Of a DNA stretch of 64,000 bases, positions 8,346 to 18,900 are shown one piece after another. The stretch is from a virus. Within the stretch, counting starts at the first letter, position 1; each line of letters opens with the position of its first letter. The stretch lies in the IMG/VR virus record IMGVR_UViG_3300044811_000050, one strand, 5' to 3'. The position numbers and the translations under genes are program-made. The notes beneath the pieces were generated by a model. That model worked only from the letters and a program-made list of their open reading frames with translations, had not been told where the DNA came from and made no database searches.

Positions 8346-11051
8346 ATGCCGACCTTGCTTTACACGCCGCAGATCCGGGTGCGCATCGCCACGCACGGGA
8401 CCGGCAAGCCGCGCAACGCCGAGACCCTGGACATCTCTGATGATCTGGTGCAGGGCTCGCTGACCATCCGCACCAACGCGATCCACACCTTCTCGTTCCA
8501 GTTGCAGAACGCGCTGCGCAAGTACGACGGCGTCCTCCAGCCCATGGATCGGGTGGTCGTGGAGATGAAGCGGATCGTCTGGGTGCGGGTGTTCTCTGGC
8601 TACCTGAACAACGGCCCGGTCTTCTCGGTCTGGCCCCGGGTGCTCACGCTCACCGCGAGCTGCACCCTCAAGCGACTCCAGTTCTGGTACTGGGACTCCA
8701 CCGCGCCGGCCTCGGTCACCTTGATGGCCGGCACGATGAAGAGCCAGGGCGCCGACACCAACCAGACCACGCCCACCTCGGCCAGTCAGACCGGCCAGAC
8801 CAGCACCACGGCCACCCCCAAGACCCCGGACACCCAGGGCATCACCGGCAACGACCAGGCGGTCCGGGAGACCGCCGTGCGGGTGTTGGAGGAGGTGGTC
8901 GGCTGGAAGCAAGACAAGATCCATATCGCCGAGGTGCCCGCCGACTGGTACAAGATGGCCCAAGATCTCTACCAGATCGTCGTGAAGAAAACCAAGATCT
9001 CCGACGAGCTGTTCGGGGACTTCTCCTCCGGTGGCACGGTGGGCGGCTCGGCCATCGGCGGGGCCGCCGGTGGAGCGTTGGGCCAGGGCACCCTCTCGGC
9101 CGGCAACTACGGCGGCACCGCCTACTCAGCGGAGCAGGCCGCCAACGCCGCGACGATCTACAACGTGGCGGCCGGGCGGGGACTACCGGGGCAGGCGGCG
9201 GTCATCGGCATCGCCACCGCCTGGGCCGAGTCCAGCATGCGCAACCTCAATGCCGGTGACCGGGACTCCAAGGGGCTGTTCCAGCAGCGGCCGTCCCAGG
9301 GCTGGGGGACCGCCGCGCAGGTCACCGATCCGGTCTACGCGGCAGGCAAGTTTTACGACGCCCTGGTGAAGGTGCCCGGCTGGCAGACCATGTCCGTCGC
9401 CGCCGCCGCTCAAGCCGTGCAGCGCTCGGCGTTCCCCGGCGCCTACACGAAGTGGGAGGCCACCGCGCGAGCGGTCGTGGCGGCGATATCAGGCGGTGCC
9501 GCCGGCAAACCCGGGGCCGCCGGGGCCGTGGCGGGCGCCAAGGCAGGAGCGGCGGCCGGAGCCGCGATTGGCGCGGCCTCCGGGTCGGCCAAGATCGGAT
9601 CTGGTCGCAACGTGGCGCTGGTGGCGCACAACGTGATCGCCTCGAAGCCGCCCGGGTCCATCCGGTACTCGCTGGGTGGGGATGACGCCTACAGCGTCGC
9701 CGATCCCAAGGTGCTCGACTGCTCGTCCTTCGTGGACTGGGTGTACTACCACGCCGTCGGTCGCCCGTGGATCTCGCCGCGCAGCACCGCCGCCGCCGAG
9801 CAGGGCGCGGCCAAGAAGATCGACGTGGCCACCGCGAAGGCAACCAAGGGGGCGTTGCTGTTCGTCGGATCCCCCGCCGGCCACGTGGAAGTCTCCCTGG
9901 GCAACGGCATGACCGCCGCCGCGCACACCGACGGCATCCCGCTGGCAAACCAGGTCACCATCAGCGCGGCCGGGGGCAACTTCACCAGCGCCGGCCTGAT
10001 GCCGGGGGTGGACTACTCCGACGCGGCCACCAACCAGGCCGCCGCCGCCGCGTTGTCCAAGGTGCTGGGCATCCCCACCTCGGTGTCGGACCCGAACGAG
10101 GCCGGCGCCGGCACCATGGCCGGTGGTGCCGGGGGCGCGGCAGGAGCGGCGGCCGGGCCGGATGGCAATGCCGCGTTCAACGCCTTCGTCAACGTCTATG
10201 TCTGGGGCTTTCAGCCCGGCGACATATCCGGGGAGTCGTTCGTGGGCCCGGTTGCGCTGATGAACGACGAGCCGATCTTGCCGTGGATCGCCAACCTGAT
10301 GTCCACGATCATGCGGTCGTGGTGCTCGGCGCCCAACGGGGACTTCATGGCCTGGTTCCCGGACTACTTCGGGCTGTGGGACTCGGCGGCCAAGATGAAC
10401 ATCAAGTCGATCGAACTACAGGACTTCACCGTCGACTGGTACGACCAAGAGATCGTCACCCACCAGTACGTGGTGGGCGCCCCGGCGGCCATGTTCGACA
10501 CTCGGACCGCCACCGTGCAGTCGATGGCGGGCAGCGGCTCGTCGCTGGGCTTCCAGCTGGCCACCGACGGCATCGCCACGGTGGACTTCCCGGAGATCTT
10601 CAAAGCGATCTTCGGGATCGCCGCCAGCGACCAGTTCATCAAGGATTATCTGGACCGGTTCGGCGGTCGCCCGAATGTCATCAATGTTCCCTCGATCAGA
10701 ACGAGAAGCGGCGCCGAGTTCTTCTACGCGTTGTATCTGTTCATGCAGCGATGGGCCAACCAATTCCGAGCCGACGTTCCCATGACATTCATGCCGGAGC
10801 TGTGGCCAGGAATGCTGCTGGTGCTGCCTGAATACCAGTTCCAGGCCTACATTATGGAAGTCAATCACACCTTCCAGTTCGGTCCCGGCGGTGGCTTTCA
10901 GACGAAAGCGAAGATCTGTGCTCCGGCACGTACCACCCAGAAGACCGACATTTTCGGATTGTTGCCGTTGGCCGGCAGCGCCCGACCTCCCGCCGCGCCG
11001 ACCGGTACCAACGCGATCACGAATACGGCGAAAGCGAAGAACGCCAAATGA
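8346..11051 (+). CDS. baseplate hub / tail-associated lysin with inserted lysozyme-like and NlpC/P60 domains
   Basis: AWAESSMRN..DRDSKGLFQQRPSQGWG (lysozyme/transglycosylase-like) and YSLGG..LDCSSFVDWVY..GHV (NlpC/P60 Cys-His) lie between hub-like N- and C-terminal parts. Confidence 0.8.
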   Translation: MPTLLYTPQIRVRIATHGTGKPRNAETLDISDDLVQGSLTIRTNAIHTFSFQLQNALRKYDGVLQPMDRVVVEMKRIVWVRVFSGYLNNGPVFSVWPRVLTLTASCTLKRLQFWYWDSTAPASVTLMAGTMKSQGADTNQTTPTSASQTGQTSTTATPKTPDTQGITGNDQAVRETAVRVLEEVVGWKQDKIHIAEVPADWYKMAQDLYQIVVKKTKISDELFGDFSSGGTVGGSAIGGAAGGALGQGTLSAGNYGGTAYSAEQAANAATIYNVAAGRGLPGQAAVIGIATAWAESSMRNLNAGDRDSKGLFQQRPSQGWGTAAQVTDPVYAAGKFYDALVKVPGWQTMSVAAAAQAVQRSAFPGAYTKWEATARAVVAAISGGAAGKPGAAGAVAGAKAGAAAGAAIGAASGSAKIGSGRNVALVAHNVIASKPPGSIRYSLGGDDAYSVADPKVLDCSSFVDWVYYHAVGRPWISPRSTAAAEQGAAKKIDVATAKATKGALLFVGSPAGHVEVSLGNGMTAAAHTDGIPLANQVTISAAGGNFTSAGLMPGVDYSDAATNQAAAAALSKVLGIPTSVSDPNEAGAGTMAGGAGGAAGAAAGPDGNAAFNAFVNVYVWGFQPGDISGESFVGPVALMNDEPILPWIANLMSTIMRSWCSAPNGDFMAWFPDYFGLWDSAAKMNIKSIELQDFTVDWYDQEIVTHQYVVGAPAAMFDTRTATVQSMAGSGSSLGFQLATDGIATVDFPEIFKAIFGIAASDQFIKDYLDRFGGRPNVINVPSIRTRSGAEFFYALYLFMQRWANQFRADVPMTFMPELWPGMLLVLPEYQFQAYIMEVNHTFQFGPGGGFQTKAKICAPARTTQKTDIFGLLPLAGSARPPAAPTGTNAITNTAKAKNAK

Positions 11052-12250
11052 GCTACCCGGTCAGCCAGCCCACCTACCCCGGTGGCACGGGGCATGGCAT
11101 CGCCTACAAGCCGGTCACGGTGGTCAGCGTCAACACCGAGACCCGGATCGCGGTCACCCGCGACTCGTTCGGTAAGTACGACAACGTCCGCTGCGACATC
11201 ATGCGCGCGAAGGGCAACCTGCCGGCGCCCCGCGAGCAATGGCTGATCGACCGGCAGTACGGCGACTGGGTGTTCGGGGCGATCATCACCGGTGGCACCG
11301 AGGGAGTGATCATCCCGCAGGACAACGTCACCGGCTTGAACGAGGCTCAGGCGTCCACCGACGAGCGCATCGTCGGCATCCAGAACGGCACCCTAGGCCA
11401 GATCCAGGGCAAGGGCGACATCCTGGTGGGCACCCAGTCCGGCATCGCCACCGCCCAACCAGCTGGCGGTAGCGGGCAGTATCTGTGCGCCGACCCCACC
11501 AAGGCGGCCGGGCTGGATTACCGAGAGGGCCTCGCGCTCAGCGCCCCGCTGGACGGGGCCCGCGCGGCCGGTCGCTACGTCGGCAACACCGTCTCCGGGC
11601 AGCCGTCCTTCGGGACGTTCCTCGCGGGCGACTGGGTGCGTGATGCCGCCGGCTACGACTGGATCTGTACGTCCGGCGGGACGCCCGGCACCTGGGAGAG
11701 CAAGGACTACACCGCCGAGCAGCCGGGCAAGCACATCTGGCGATACACCGGCGGCTCCGTGGCGGCCAACGTCCCCGTGATGGCCACCGGATTCAACAAC
11801 CTCACCCACGCCGGCATCGCATTGCGATCCGGGGGGACCTTCTCCTGGCGGAAGACCGGGCGGTGGGCCATCCACGCCATGGTGGAATCCGATTGTCCCG
11901 ACGCCGGGGTATTCCATTCATTCTTCCAGTTCGGCTCGCCCAACCCGATAGGGATCGAAAACACCATCTTGCGGGACCGACGCTACCGGCCAGGTAACGG
12001 CGCCTTCACCATCACCACGCAGGTGTGGAACGGGCTCACACCGGGGGCCAACGTACCCACCCCCGTCACCGGAACCACCGGCTTCCCAGGCGCGGGCGCC
12101 ATGACCCAATCCTTGAGCTGGGCTGGCTGGATTTATCCACAGGAAGCCCTGGGGGCATTCTCCCTGAATTTCTACTGGGCCTGCCCCAGCCCCACCGCGC
12201 CGGTAACGTGTGATTACAGGGTCGGCATGGAATACCTAGGACCGTACTGA
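11048..12250 (+). CDS. baseplate spike / minor tail protein
   Basis: ATGA overlap; N-terminal OB-like segment (LPAPREQWLI) followed by a fibre-like KGDILVG region. Confidence 0.6.
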   Translation: MSYPVSQPTYPGGTGHGIAYKPVTVVSVNTETRIAVTRDSFGKYDNVRCDIMRAKGNLPAPREQWLIDRQYGDWVFGAIITGGTEGVIIPQDNVTGLNEAQASTDERIVGIQNGTLGQIQGKGDILVGTQSGIATAQPAGGSGQYLCADPTKAAGLDYREGLALSAPLDGARAAGRYVGNTVSGQPSFGTFLAGDWVRDAAGYDWICTSGGTPGTWESKDYTAEQPGKHIWRYTGGSVAANVPVMATGFNNLTHAGIALRSGGTFSWRKTGRWAIHAMVESDCPDAGVFHSFFQFGSPNPIGIENTILRDRRYRPGNGAFTITTQVWNGLTPGANVPTPVTGTTGFPGAGAMTQSLSWAGWIYPQEALGAFSLNFYWACPSPTAPVTCDYRVGMEYLGPY

Positions 12251-12253
12251 TGG

Positions 12254-12294
12254 CCTGTTCATTCTTGACATTCAGCGGTTTAAGAGGTGAAGGG
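12254..12294 (+). promoter_or_regulatory. conserved putative late promoter, copy 2
   Basis: CCTGT at 12254 and AAGAGGTGAAGGG at 12282. Confidence 0.65.
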
Positions 12295-12301
12295 AGGAAC
12301 T

Positions 12302-12727
12302 GTGAAGACGATCGCGCTGCGAGACGGTGACTTGGTGCTCGGTCAGGGTGGTTATCTGCTACATACCGGGACCGATCGGATCCGTCAGGATCTGACTCTG
12401 GCTTTGATGGAGGAGTACGGCGGCGACCGGTTTCATCCCCGCTACGGCTCGGTGGTCAAGCGGTACATCGGCAACGTGATCACCCCGCACCTCCAGGAGC
12501 TGGTTAAGGCCGAAATCAACCGGGTGGTGCAGAACTACATCGTGATCCAGCAGGCCGAGGTGCTGCGCGATTCCCAGGTGGATGTGATCGGCCGGTTCAG
12601 GACCTCGGACGTGGTGCGCTCGCTGCTGTCGATCAACGTCGCCACGCAGATGGACCGCATCGACATTCAGCTCGCCCTGGAGACATTGGCCCGGACGACA
12701 GTCAAGATCAGCAAGCAGGTGGCCTGA
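12302..12727 (+). CDS. baseplate wedge protein (gp25-like)
   Basis: GDRFHPRYGS gp25-type motif; GGAGG RBS ahead of GTG 12302. Confidence 0.8.
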   Translation: MKTIALRDGDLVLGQGGYLLHTGTDRIRQDLTLALMEEYGGDRFHPRYGSVVKRYIGNVITPHLQELVKAEINRVVQNYIVIQQAEVLRDSQVDVIGRFRTSDVVRSLLSINVATQMDRIDIQLALETLARTTVKISKQVA

Positions 12728-14556
12728 TGCCCACTTCAGGGGAGATCGCCAGCCGGATGATGTCCGCGCTCCGGGCTTCGGAGCCCGATCTGGACACCTC
12801 GATCGGCACCCCGCTGCGCAAGATCTTGGACGCGGTCTCCGAGGCCATCTCCGAGGCCTACGTCGATGAGCACCTGATCACCTACGCCTACGACATCGAC
12901 TCCAAGGTGGAGGGTGATCTGGACGACTTCGTGGCGCTGTTCGGCTTCGCCCGGATCCCGGCCCAGCGCGCCCAGGGTGTGATCACCTTCAACCGGCCGG
13001 CGGACGACGCGTCCAACCAGACCACCGTGGTCATCCCGCCCGGCACCCAGGTAGCCGCGCTGACCAACCCGCTGGTGTACGCCCAGACCATCGTCTCGGC
13101 GTTGATGAACCCGGGCCAGTACTCGGTGGAGGTCCCGGTACAGGCGCTGGTCGCCGGCCCAGACGGCAACGTGGCGGCCGGACTGCTGACCCAGATGGTG
13201 CGCCAGGTCGGGTTGGCCAGCTCCATCGTCAACTCCGAGCCGATGTCTGGCGGCACCCCGCAGGAGTCCGACGACGAGCTGCGCCAGCGGTTCAAGGCCA
13301 CCGTGTTCCGGTCCCTGGCTGGCACTCAGGCGATGTATGAGGGGATCTGTCGGGAGGTTCCCCAGGATCCGGCGCTGCCGGACACCAAGGCGATCCACAA
13401 GGTCAACGTGCTGGGCTCCTCGAAGCGGTGGCGCGAGCAGGTGCAGATCACCGGCGGCACCGCCGGCTCGATCATCACCGGGGCCGCCTACATCTTCCCC
13501 GACAACTGCTTCGTGGGCCCGGACATCGACGGCGGCAGCCTGCTCACCCCCGGGGTGCACTACACCTTCACTCCGAGCAACCCGACCAACCAGGGCGACG
13601 CCAGCGCCGTGCTGGCCTCGTTGTCCACCGCCGCCATGCCCGACGGGCTCTACGACTTGGACTTCGAGTACGTCCCGCAGTCCAGCCGCAACGACCCGGG
13701 CAACACCCGGTTCGGCCAGGGCGGGATCAACAACCGCATCGACGTCTGGTTCGACGGGAAGATCCCGGACATCGCCACCCAGAGCGTGGTGTTCTCCGAC
13801 GTCAAAAAGTTCAGCGGCACCCTGAACAATATCTACTACAACATGAACTTCCGGCAGGATTCGGACACCACCCCCAACCCGCCGGTGAACAACATCTTCA
13901 TTCCCCTGGCATTCGGCCCTCTTCTGGGGGTGCCCGATCAGATGACCATCGGTGGCGTGGTCTACCTGGAGGGGACCGACTACAACATCGTGCACCAATC
14001 CAACTGTTTCGGGTACACCGCGACGAGCCTGTACGGGCTGGCTTGGAGCACCACTAAACGACCGGCGAACAATACCGTTTTCTCGATCACCTACAGCTAC
14101 AACAAGCTCGCCGGGATTGTGCAAGACGCCATCGCACAATGGCGACTCGTCGGCACCGACGCCAAGGCGCATTGCGGCAAGGTCTCTCGATTGAAGTTCA
14201 ATCTCGCGGTCATGTATGACCGCCGGTACGACTCGGTCGCCGTGAGCACCGAGATCAACCAGGCCTTGTCGCAATTCCTGAGTAATCTGGGGTTTGAGGC
14301 CGCGCTTCAGGTATCCGATGTTCTCCAAACCGTGCACAATGTTCCAGGCGTGGACAATGTTCGCTTTCTGACTAGCGCGGATGATCCGGTCAACTATGCC
14401 ATTCAGCGGATCTCAAACACCGGTACCGAAGCGGTGGTCGCCACCTTCTCGTACCTGGGGCGGGCAGCGGACGTCCAGTTCCCCGACGATCGCTACCCGG
14501 TTTTCCATTCCACGAACATCATGCAAAAAGCGGCGAACACGTTCGGCCAAGGCTGA
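12727..14556 (+). CDS. baseplate J-like protein
   Basis: LDDFVALFGFAR, GPDGNVAAG and GGTPQESDDELRQR are baseplate J motifs. Confidence 0.9.
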   Translation: MPTSGEIASRMMSALRASEPDLDTSIGTPLRKILDAVSEAISEAYVDEHLITYAYDIDSKVEGDLDDFVALFGFARIPAQRAQGVITFNRPADDASNQTTVVIPPGTQVAALTNPLVYAQTIVSALMNPGQYSVEVPVQALVAGPDGNVAAGLLTQMVRQVGLASSIVNSEPMSGGTPQESDDELRQRFKATVFRSLAGTQAMYEGICREVPQDPALPDTKAIHKVNVLGSSKRWREQVQITGGTAGSIITGAAYIFPDNCFVGPDIDGGSLLTPGVHYTFTPSNPTNQGDASAVLASLSTAAMPDGLYDLDFEYVPQSSRNDPGNTRFGQGGINNRIDVWFDGKIPDIATQSVVFSDVKKFSGTLNNIYYNMNFRQDSDTTPNPPVNNIFIPLAFGPLLGVPDQMTIGGVVYLEGTDYNIVHQSNCFGYTATSLYGLAWSTTKRPANNTVFSITYSYNKLAGIVQDAIAQWRLVGTDAKAHCGKVSRLKFNLAVMYDRRYDSVAVSTEINQALSQFLSNLGFEAALQVSDVLQTVHNVPGVDNVRFLTSADDPVNYAIQRISNTGTEAVVATFSYLGRAADVQFPDDRYPVFHSTNIMQKAANTFGQG

Positions 14557-14565
14557 GGCGGGCGG

Positions 14566-15930
14566 ATGACAACACCGATCTTTACCAACAGCGGCGACTT
14601 CGCCAGCCGGGTGAACGCGGGCGCGGTCAGCGACCTGAACAACCTGATGGAGCTTCAGTCCGCGACCAACCAGCCCGAGTCGAACGCCACCCAGATCATC
14701 TCCGACCCGATGCTGCCGGACCGCAACGTGATCGACCGGCTCGGGCACATGGACCCCGAGCTGTACGACCTGTCCGACAACAGCCACCTGATGAAGCTGC
14801 TCTCGGTGCTGCTCGGCGGGGCCGGCGCGGGCGGGCTGCGCAAACAGATCGCGGTGGCTCGGCTCCAGAACAGCTTCCGGGGCATGCACTTCTTGGACTT
14901 GGACCGGTTCTACGGCGCGTTGTTCGGCATCAAGCGCACCAAGGCCGAGGTGATGCCCGACTTCGGCACCAAGCTGCGGCCGGCGGTGTTCGACCCCTAC
15001 ACCGACGCGGCCGGCAATGACGTCTGGGACGACGTGCACTCCCGGGACGCCAGCTACCGGGACCGGCTGATCAAGTTCGCCCGCGCGCTGCCGCTGGGTG
15101 GCACCTACCCGGGGCTGCGCGCCGCCGCCGAGGCGCTGCTGAGCGTCGAGTGCGAGGTCTACGAGAGCTGGATCTGGGTGGACGAGCAGTACGCGGCGGC
15201 CACTCAGCCTCCGGTGCTGGTCTACACCTACACCTCGTTGATCAACACCTCTCCGACCTGGGGCCAGATGACGAGCGGGCAGAGCTGGGGGCAGATGTCC
15301 GGCTCGACCAGCGCGGGCTCCTACTTCCTGGGCCGGACCGGGCAGAAGAACCGGGCCGAGGTGCTGATCCAACCCAAGCGGCAGATCCGCAAGGACGAGC
15401 AGTTCCAGAGCATGCGGGTGATGGACCGGCTCAAGCCGGCCGGCAGCCAGATCACCGTGGACCCCGACGGACTGGCCATCCACCAGCCGGTGCCGTTGCG
15501 CGCGGTGGCCGCCGACTCGGAGCATTGGGAGATCATCTATAAGACCACCGCCAACCCGACGTTGATCGCTCCCGATCCAACGAAGCCGGTCTACCCGGAG
15601 CCGGACCCGAAGGTCTGCCAACCCCGGCCGGCGTTGTCGGGCTACCAGGGGGAGAAGTGGTGCTACAACAACGACATCGTGCGGTGCGCCAGCTACAAGA
15701 TGATCCAGCGGGCGATCGTGACCGCGACCAACTTCGACGTGGCGGTCTTCAAGGACGGCCAGTCGAGGAGCTACATGACCAGCTTCGCGGTGATGAGCGG
15801 GTCGCAGGTGGATAGCGCCCGAGCGGTCGCCGATGGGGTGATGACCAGCTTCGCCTTCGCGCCACGGCAGGGCTTCGGTGCGGCCAAGAACGTCACGATG
15901 ACCTCCATGAGATTGCCGAACAGCCGATGA
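14566..15930 (+). CDS. baseplate wedge/tail protein (gpI-like)
   Basis: LDRFYGALFGIKR, D.SYRDRL..GGTY.GLR.AAEA and RLKPAG motifs; follows J. Confidence 0.65.
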   Translation: MTTPIFTNSGDFASRVNAGAVSDLNNLMELQSATNQPESNATQIISDPMLPDRNVIDRLGHMDPELYDLSDNSHLMKLLSVLLGGAGAGGLRKQIAVARLQNSFRGMHFLDLDRFYGALFGIKRTKAEVMPDFGTKLRPAVFDPYTDAAGNDVWDDVHSRDASYRDRLIKFARALPLGGTYPGLRAAAEALLSVECEVYESWIWVDEQYAAATQPPVLVYTYTSLINTSPTWGQMTSGQSWGQMSGSTSAGSYFLGRTGQKNRAEVLIQPKRQIRKDEQFQSMRVMDRLKPAGSQITVDPDGLAIHQPVPLRAVAADSEHWEIIYKTTANPTLIAPDPTKPVYPEPDPKVCQPRPALSGYQGEKWCYNNDIVRCASYKMIQRAIVTATNFDVAVFKDGQSRSYMTSFAVMSGSQVDSARAVADGVMTSFAFAPRQGFGAAKNVTMTSMRLPNSR

Positions 15931-18900
15931 CCAGCGCGCTGACCCCGGCCTGGTCGGACAACATGCCGTTGGACCAGCTCAACGCCACGGCTAAGATCAA
16001 CTCGACGAGCATCAGCTCGAACGAGGGCACCGACCCGCAGCGGTTCTGGGCCACCCCGTCCCGGGACGGCGACGACGAGTCCCAGGAGTGCATGGAGATC
16101 ACCCTCTCCAACGAGCGGCTGGTCAACCACATCACCTTCGACCTGGCCAAGTTCCCGCACGACTGCTGGCTGGAGTGCTTCGACACCACGGTTGGCGACT
16201 GGGTGCCGCTGCGTCGGGCCGACGTGGAACGGGACGAGGATTGCTACCACACGGTGTTGGATTGCAACCCGCCGATCCTGCCGCAGGCCAGCGCCATCGA
16301 GGGGCACAACCACCCGCAGCACTCCTTCTCCGGACATTGGGAGAGCTGCGAGTTCATCACCCGGCCGGTCCGTTTCCAGCGGATCCGGGTGATCCTCAAG
16401 CGGCACACCCGCAGCCGGCTGCCGTGCAACTCCCGGGGCCTCAAGATGGCCTTCTCGTTGGCCGTGCGCGGGCTCTACTGCGGCTACAAGGTCTACTCCC
16501 GAGACTGCGTGCCGACGCCGCAGCCGAAGCTGGTCAGCTACACCGAGCACCAGGAGTTCGCCACCAGCACCGACGTGCTGGGCTCCCAGGTCAGCTACTC
16601 CTACCGGGTCAACAAGGCCGAGAACATCCTGTTCAACAGCCCGAACCCGACCCCGGACACCCAGACCCTGGTCTGGCGCTGCGAGCCGATGCCGTTCCCG
16701 CAGGCGGTGGTCAACTACTTCATGGACGTCCGGGACGATGCCGGCGACCCGCAGGTGCTCGACCGGTTCTACGTCGACCCGCTCTACGACGGCCCGAACG
16801 TCAACCTCTACTACTCCAACGACGAACCGGACGCCGACTTCGAGGCTCCCGACGACCCGATCCCGCCGCAGCTCGCGGTGGTCAACGGACCGACCGACGG
16901 GCTCGACCCGCTGGGTTCAGCTACCTCGCCCTACGGCCGGGTCACCTGGGTGGACGTGGACGCCAAGCCGCTGGGCTTCCGGCCCGGCCGGCGCTGGTGG
17001 TTCGGCGCCCGGCTGAACTGGCGCTTCCTGCGCGGGCTCGACACCCACGACCACCCGATCATCGACTGCGGGGAATTCCACCTGGCCTGGACCCCCCTCG
17101 GCATGCGCTTTGCCACCGCGCGAGGTGACTATTTCCACGTGGACGTGGACAATTTCCACCCGGCCACCGACTTCACCTTCATGAGTTGGTACGAGGACGG
17201 CCACGCCCACGTGAAGATCAAGGTCAACAACCAGGTCTTCCACGATTCCCGCAAGCTGTCCGTCCAGCTCTCCGAGAACACCATCGGCAAGCTGCGCCTC
17301 GGTGGATTCTTCACCAACAATGTCTCGGCGGATTTCCGACTGCGGCACATGTGCCTGAAGGTCGACCAGACCGTCACCGACGACCTGTCCGACGACTTCC
17401 TGGACGACCCCGAGCCGTACTGCCGGAAGCCGGAGTTCCGGGCGGACGACACATTCAAGACGAACAATGCCATCCTCCGGTACAACCCGGGCTATTCCAC
17501 CGACGATTTCCCGACCGGGCTGAAGGGCGGCACCCCGACCAAGTATTCCAACATGGAATGGTCGCCCATCGCCCGGGACTACATTCTCCGGAAGGGCTTC
17601 CTCCAGTTCCCGCCCACCAAGGCGAAGTACTGGAAGTTCGAGTTCTGCGGGTTGGTGGCCGAGCCCTACGAGGTCTACGTCCCGATCAAGAAGACGGTGA
17701 AGACCTTCCGCACCGAGATGTGGATGGTGCCGGTCAAGCCACCGATGGTGGCCACCCGTATCTCGATCATGGTGCCAGGCCTCTCGATTTCGGTGGGCCT
17801 CTCGGCCACCTTCGGCTACCGATCCTCGACCAGCGTCTCGGTCAGCTCACCCGAGTCCAACTTCTCGGTACGTGGCTACAGCGCCACCAGCGTGCGGGTG
17901 GCCGCCTCGGTGAACGTGCACGTGGCGATGATGTCGGTGAGCTGGGTCTGGGGCTTCCTGCCCTGTCACCCGCCCACCTTCGTGCCGCGCTTCGAGACCA
18001 AGTGCGTGCACGTCTACGAGAGCATCGAGATCGCCCAGCAAACCAAGATCGCCTACTTCGTCGGGCTGAAGGCCATCCAGCCCTACAAGGTCAGCTACCT
18101 GGCCACCGACGACACCAGCCAGTACGACGAGCAGTTCCACGACTCGGACAACCTGGACACCGAATCCGGCTGGACCCTGACCAACGACCACGAGCTGACC
18201 TCCGGGGACAGCCGGTACGCCCAGGCCCAGTCCCAGGTGTTCAAATCGAACAGAACCGTCCGCGCGGTGCAGTTCGCCACCACCCAGTCCGCGCCCACCC
18301 AGCTGCTACCCGACGACGACTTCGACGCCGCCGAGCCGGGCACCAACTGGCGGGAGGCCGGGGACGGCACGATGGCGCCGTTCACCACCCAGGACGAACG
18401 GGTGGGCTCGACCCTGCGCGTCGACCGGGGCTCCCGGCAGCCCAGCTGGGACAAGATGGATGGCTCCGACGGGCTCTACCCGTTCTGGTCCTCGATCGAG
18501 ACCCAGGCACCCAGCTGGGATGCGGTGGAACGCTCCGGCAACCCGGCGCAGAACCTCGGTGGCATCGAAGCGCGCAGCGCGGTGGACACCCCGCCCGGCG
18601 GCCGGATCTACGCCGCCGCCCGAGTGATCGCGCCGGCCGACCTGTCCAGCCCGCTGTACGTGCAGATCATCGACGATGTCACCGGCCAGGTGCTCTCGGA
18701 GACCGGCGCCGAGGTCAAGGCCAACCAGATCACCGAATGGTGGACCAGCTACACCCTCGGGGAGAGCGCGGAGCTGGCCTGGCGCTGGCGGGACTTCTCG
18801 GTCCAGACGCTCTACCCGACCTACGTGGACTCCTTCGTCCGGGCCAACTCGTCCAGTCTGGGCAACCTGTCCGCCACCAACCAGGCCTGGCTGAACGTCG

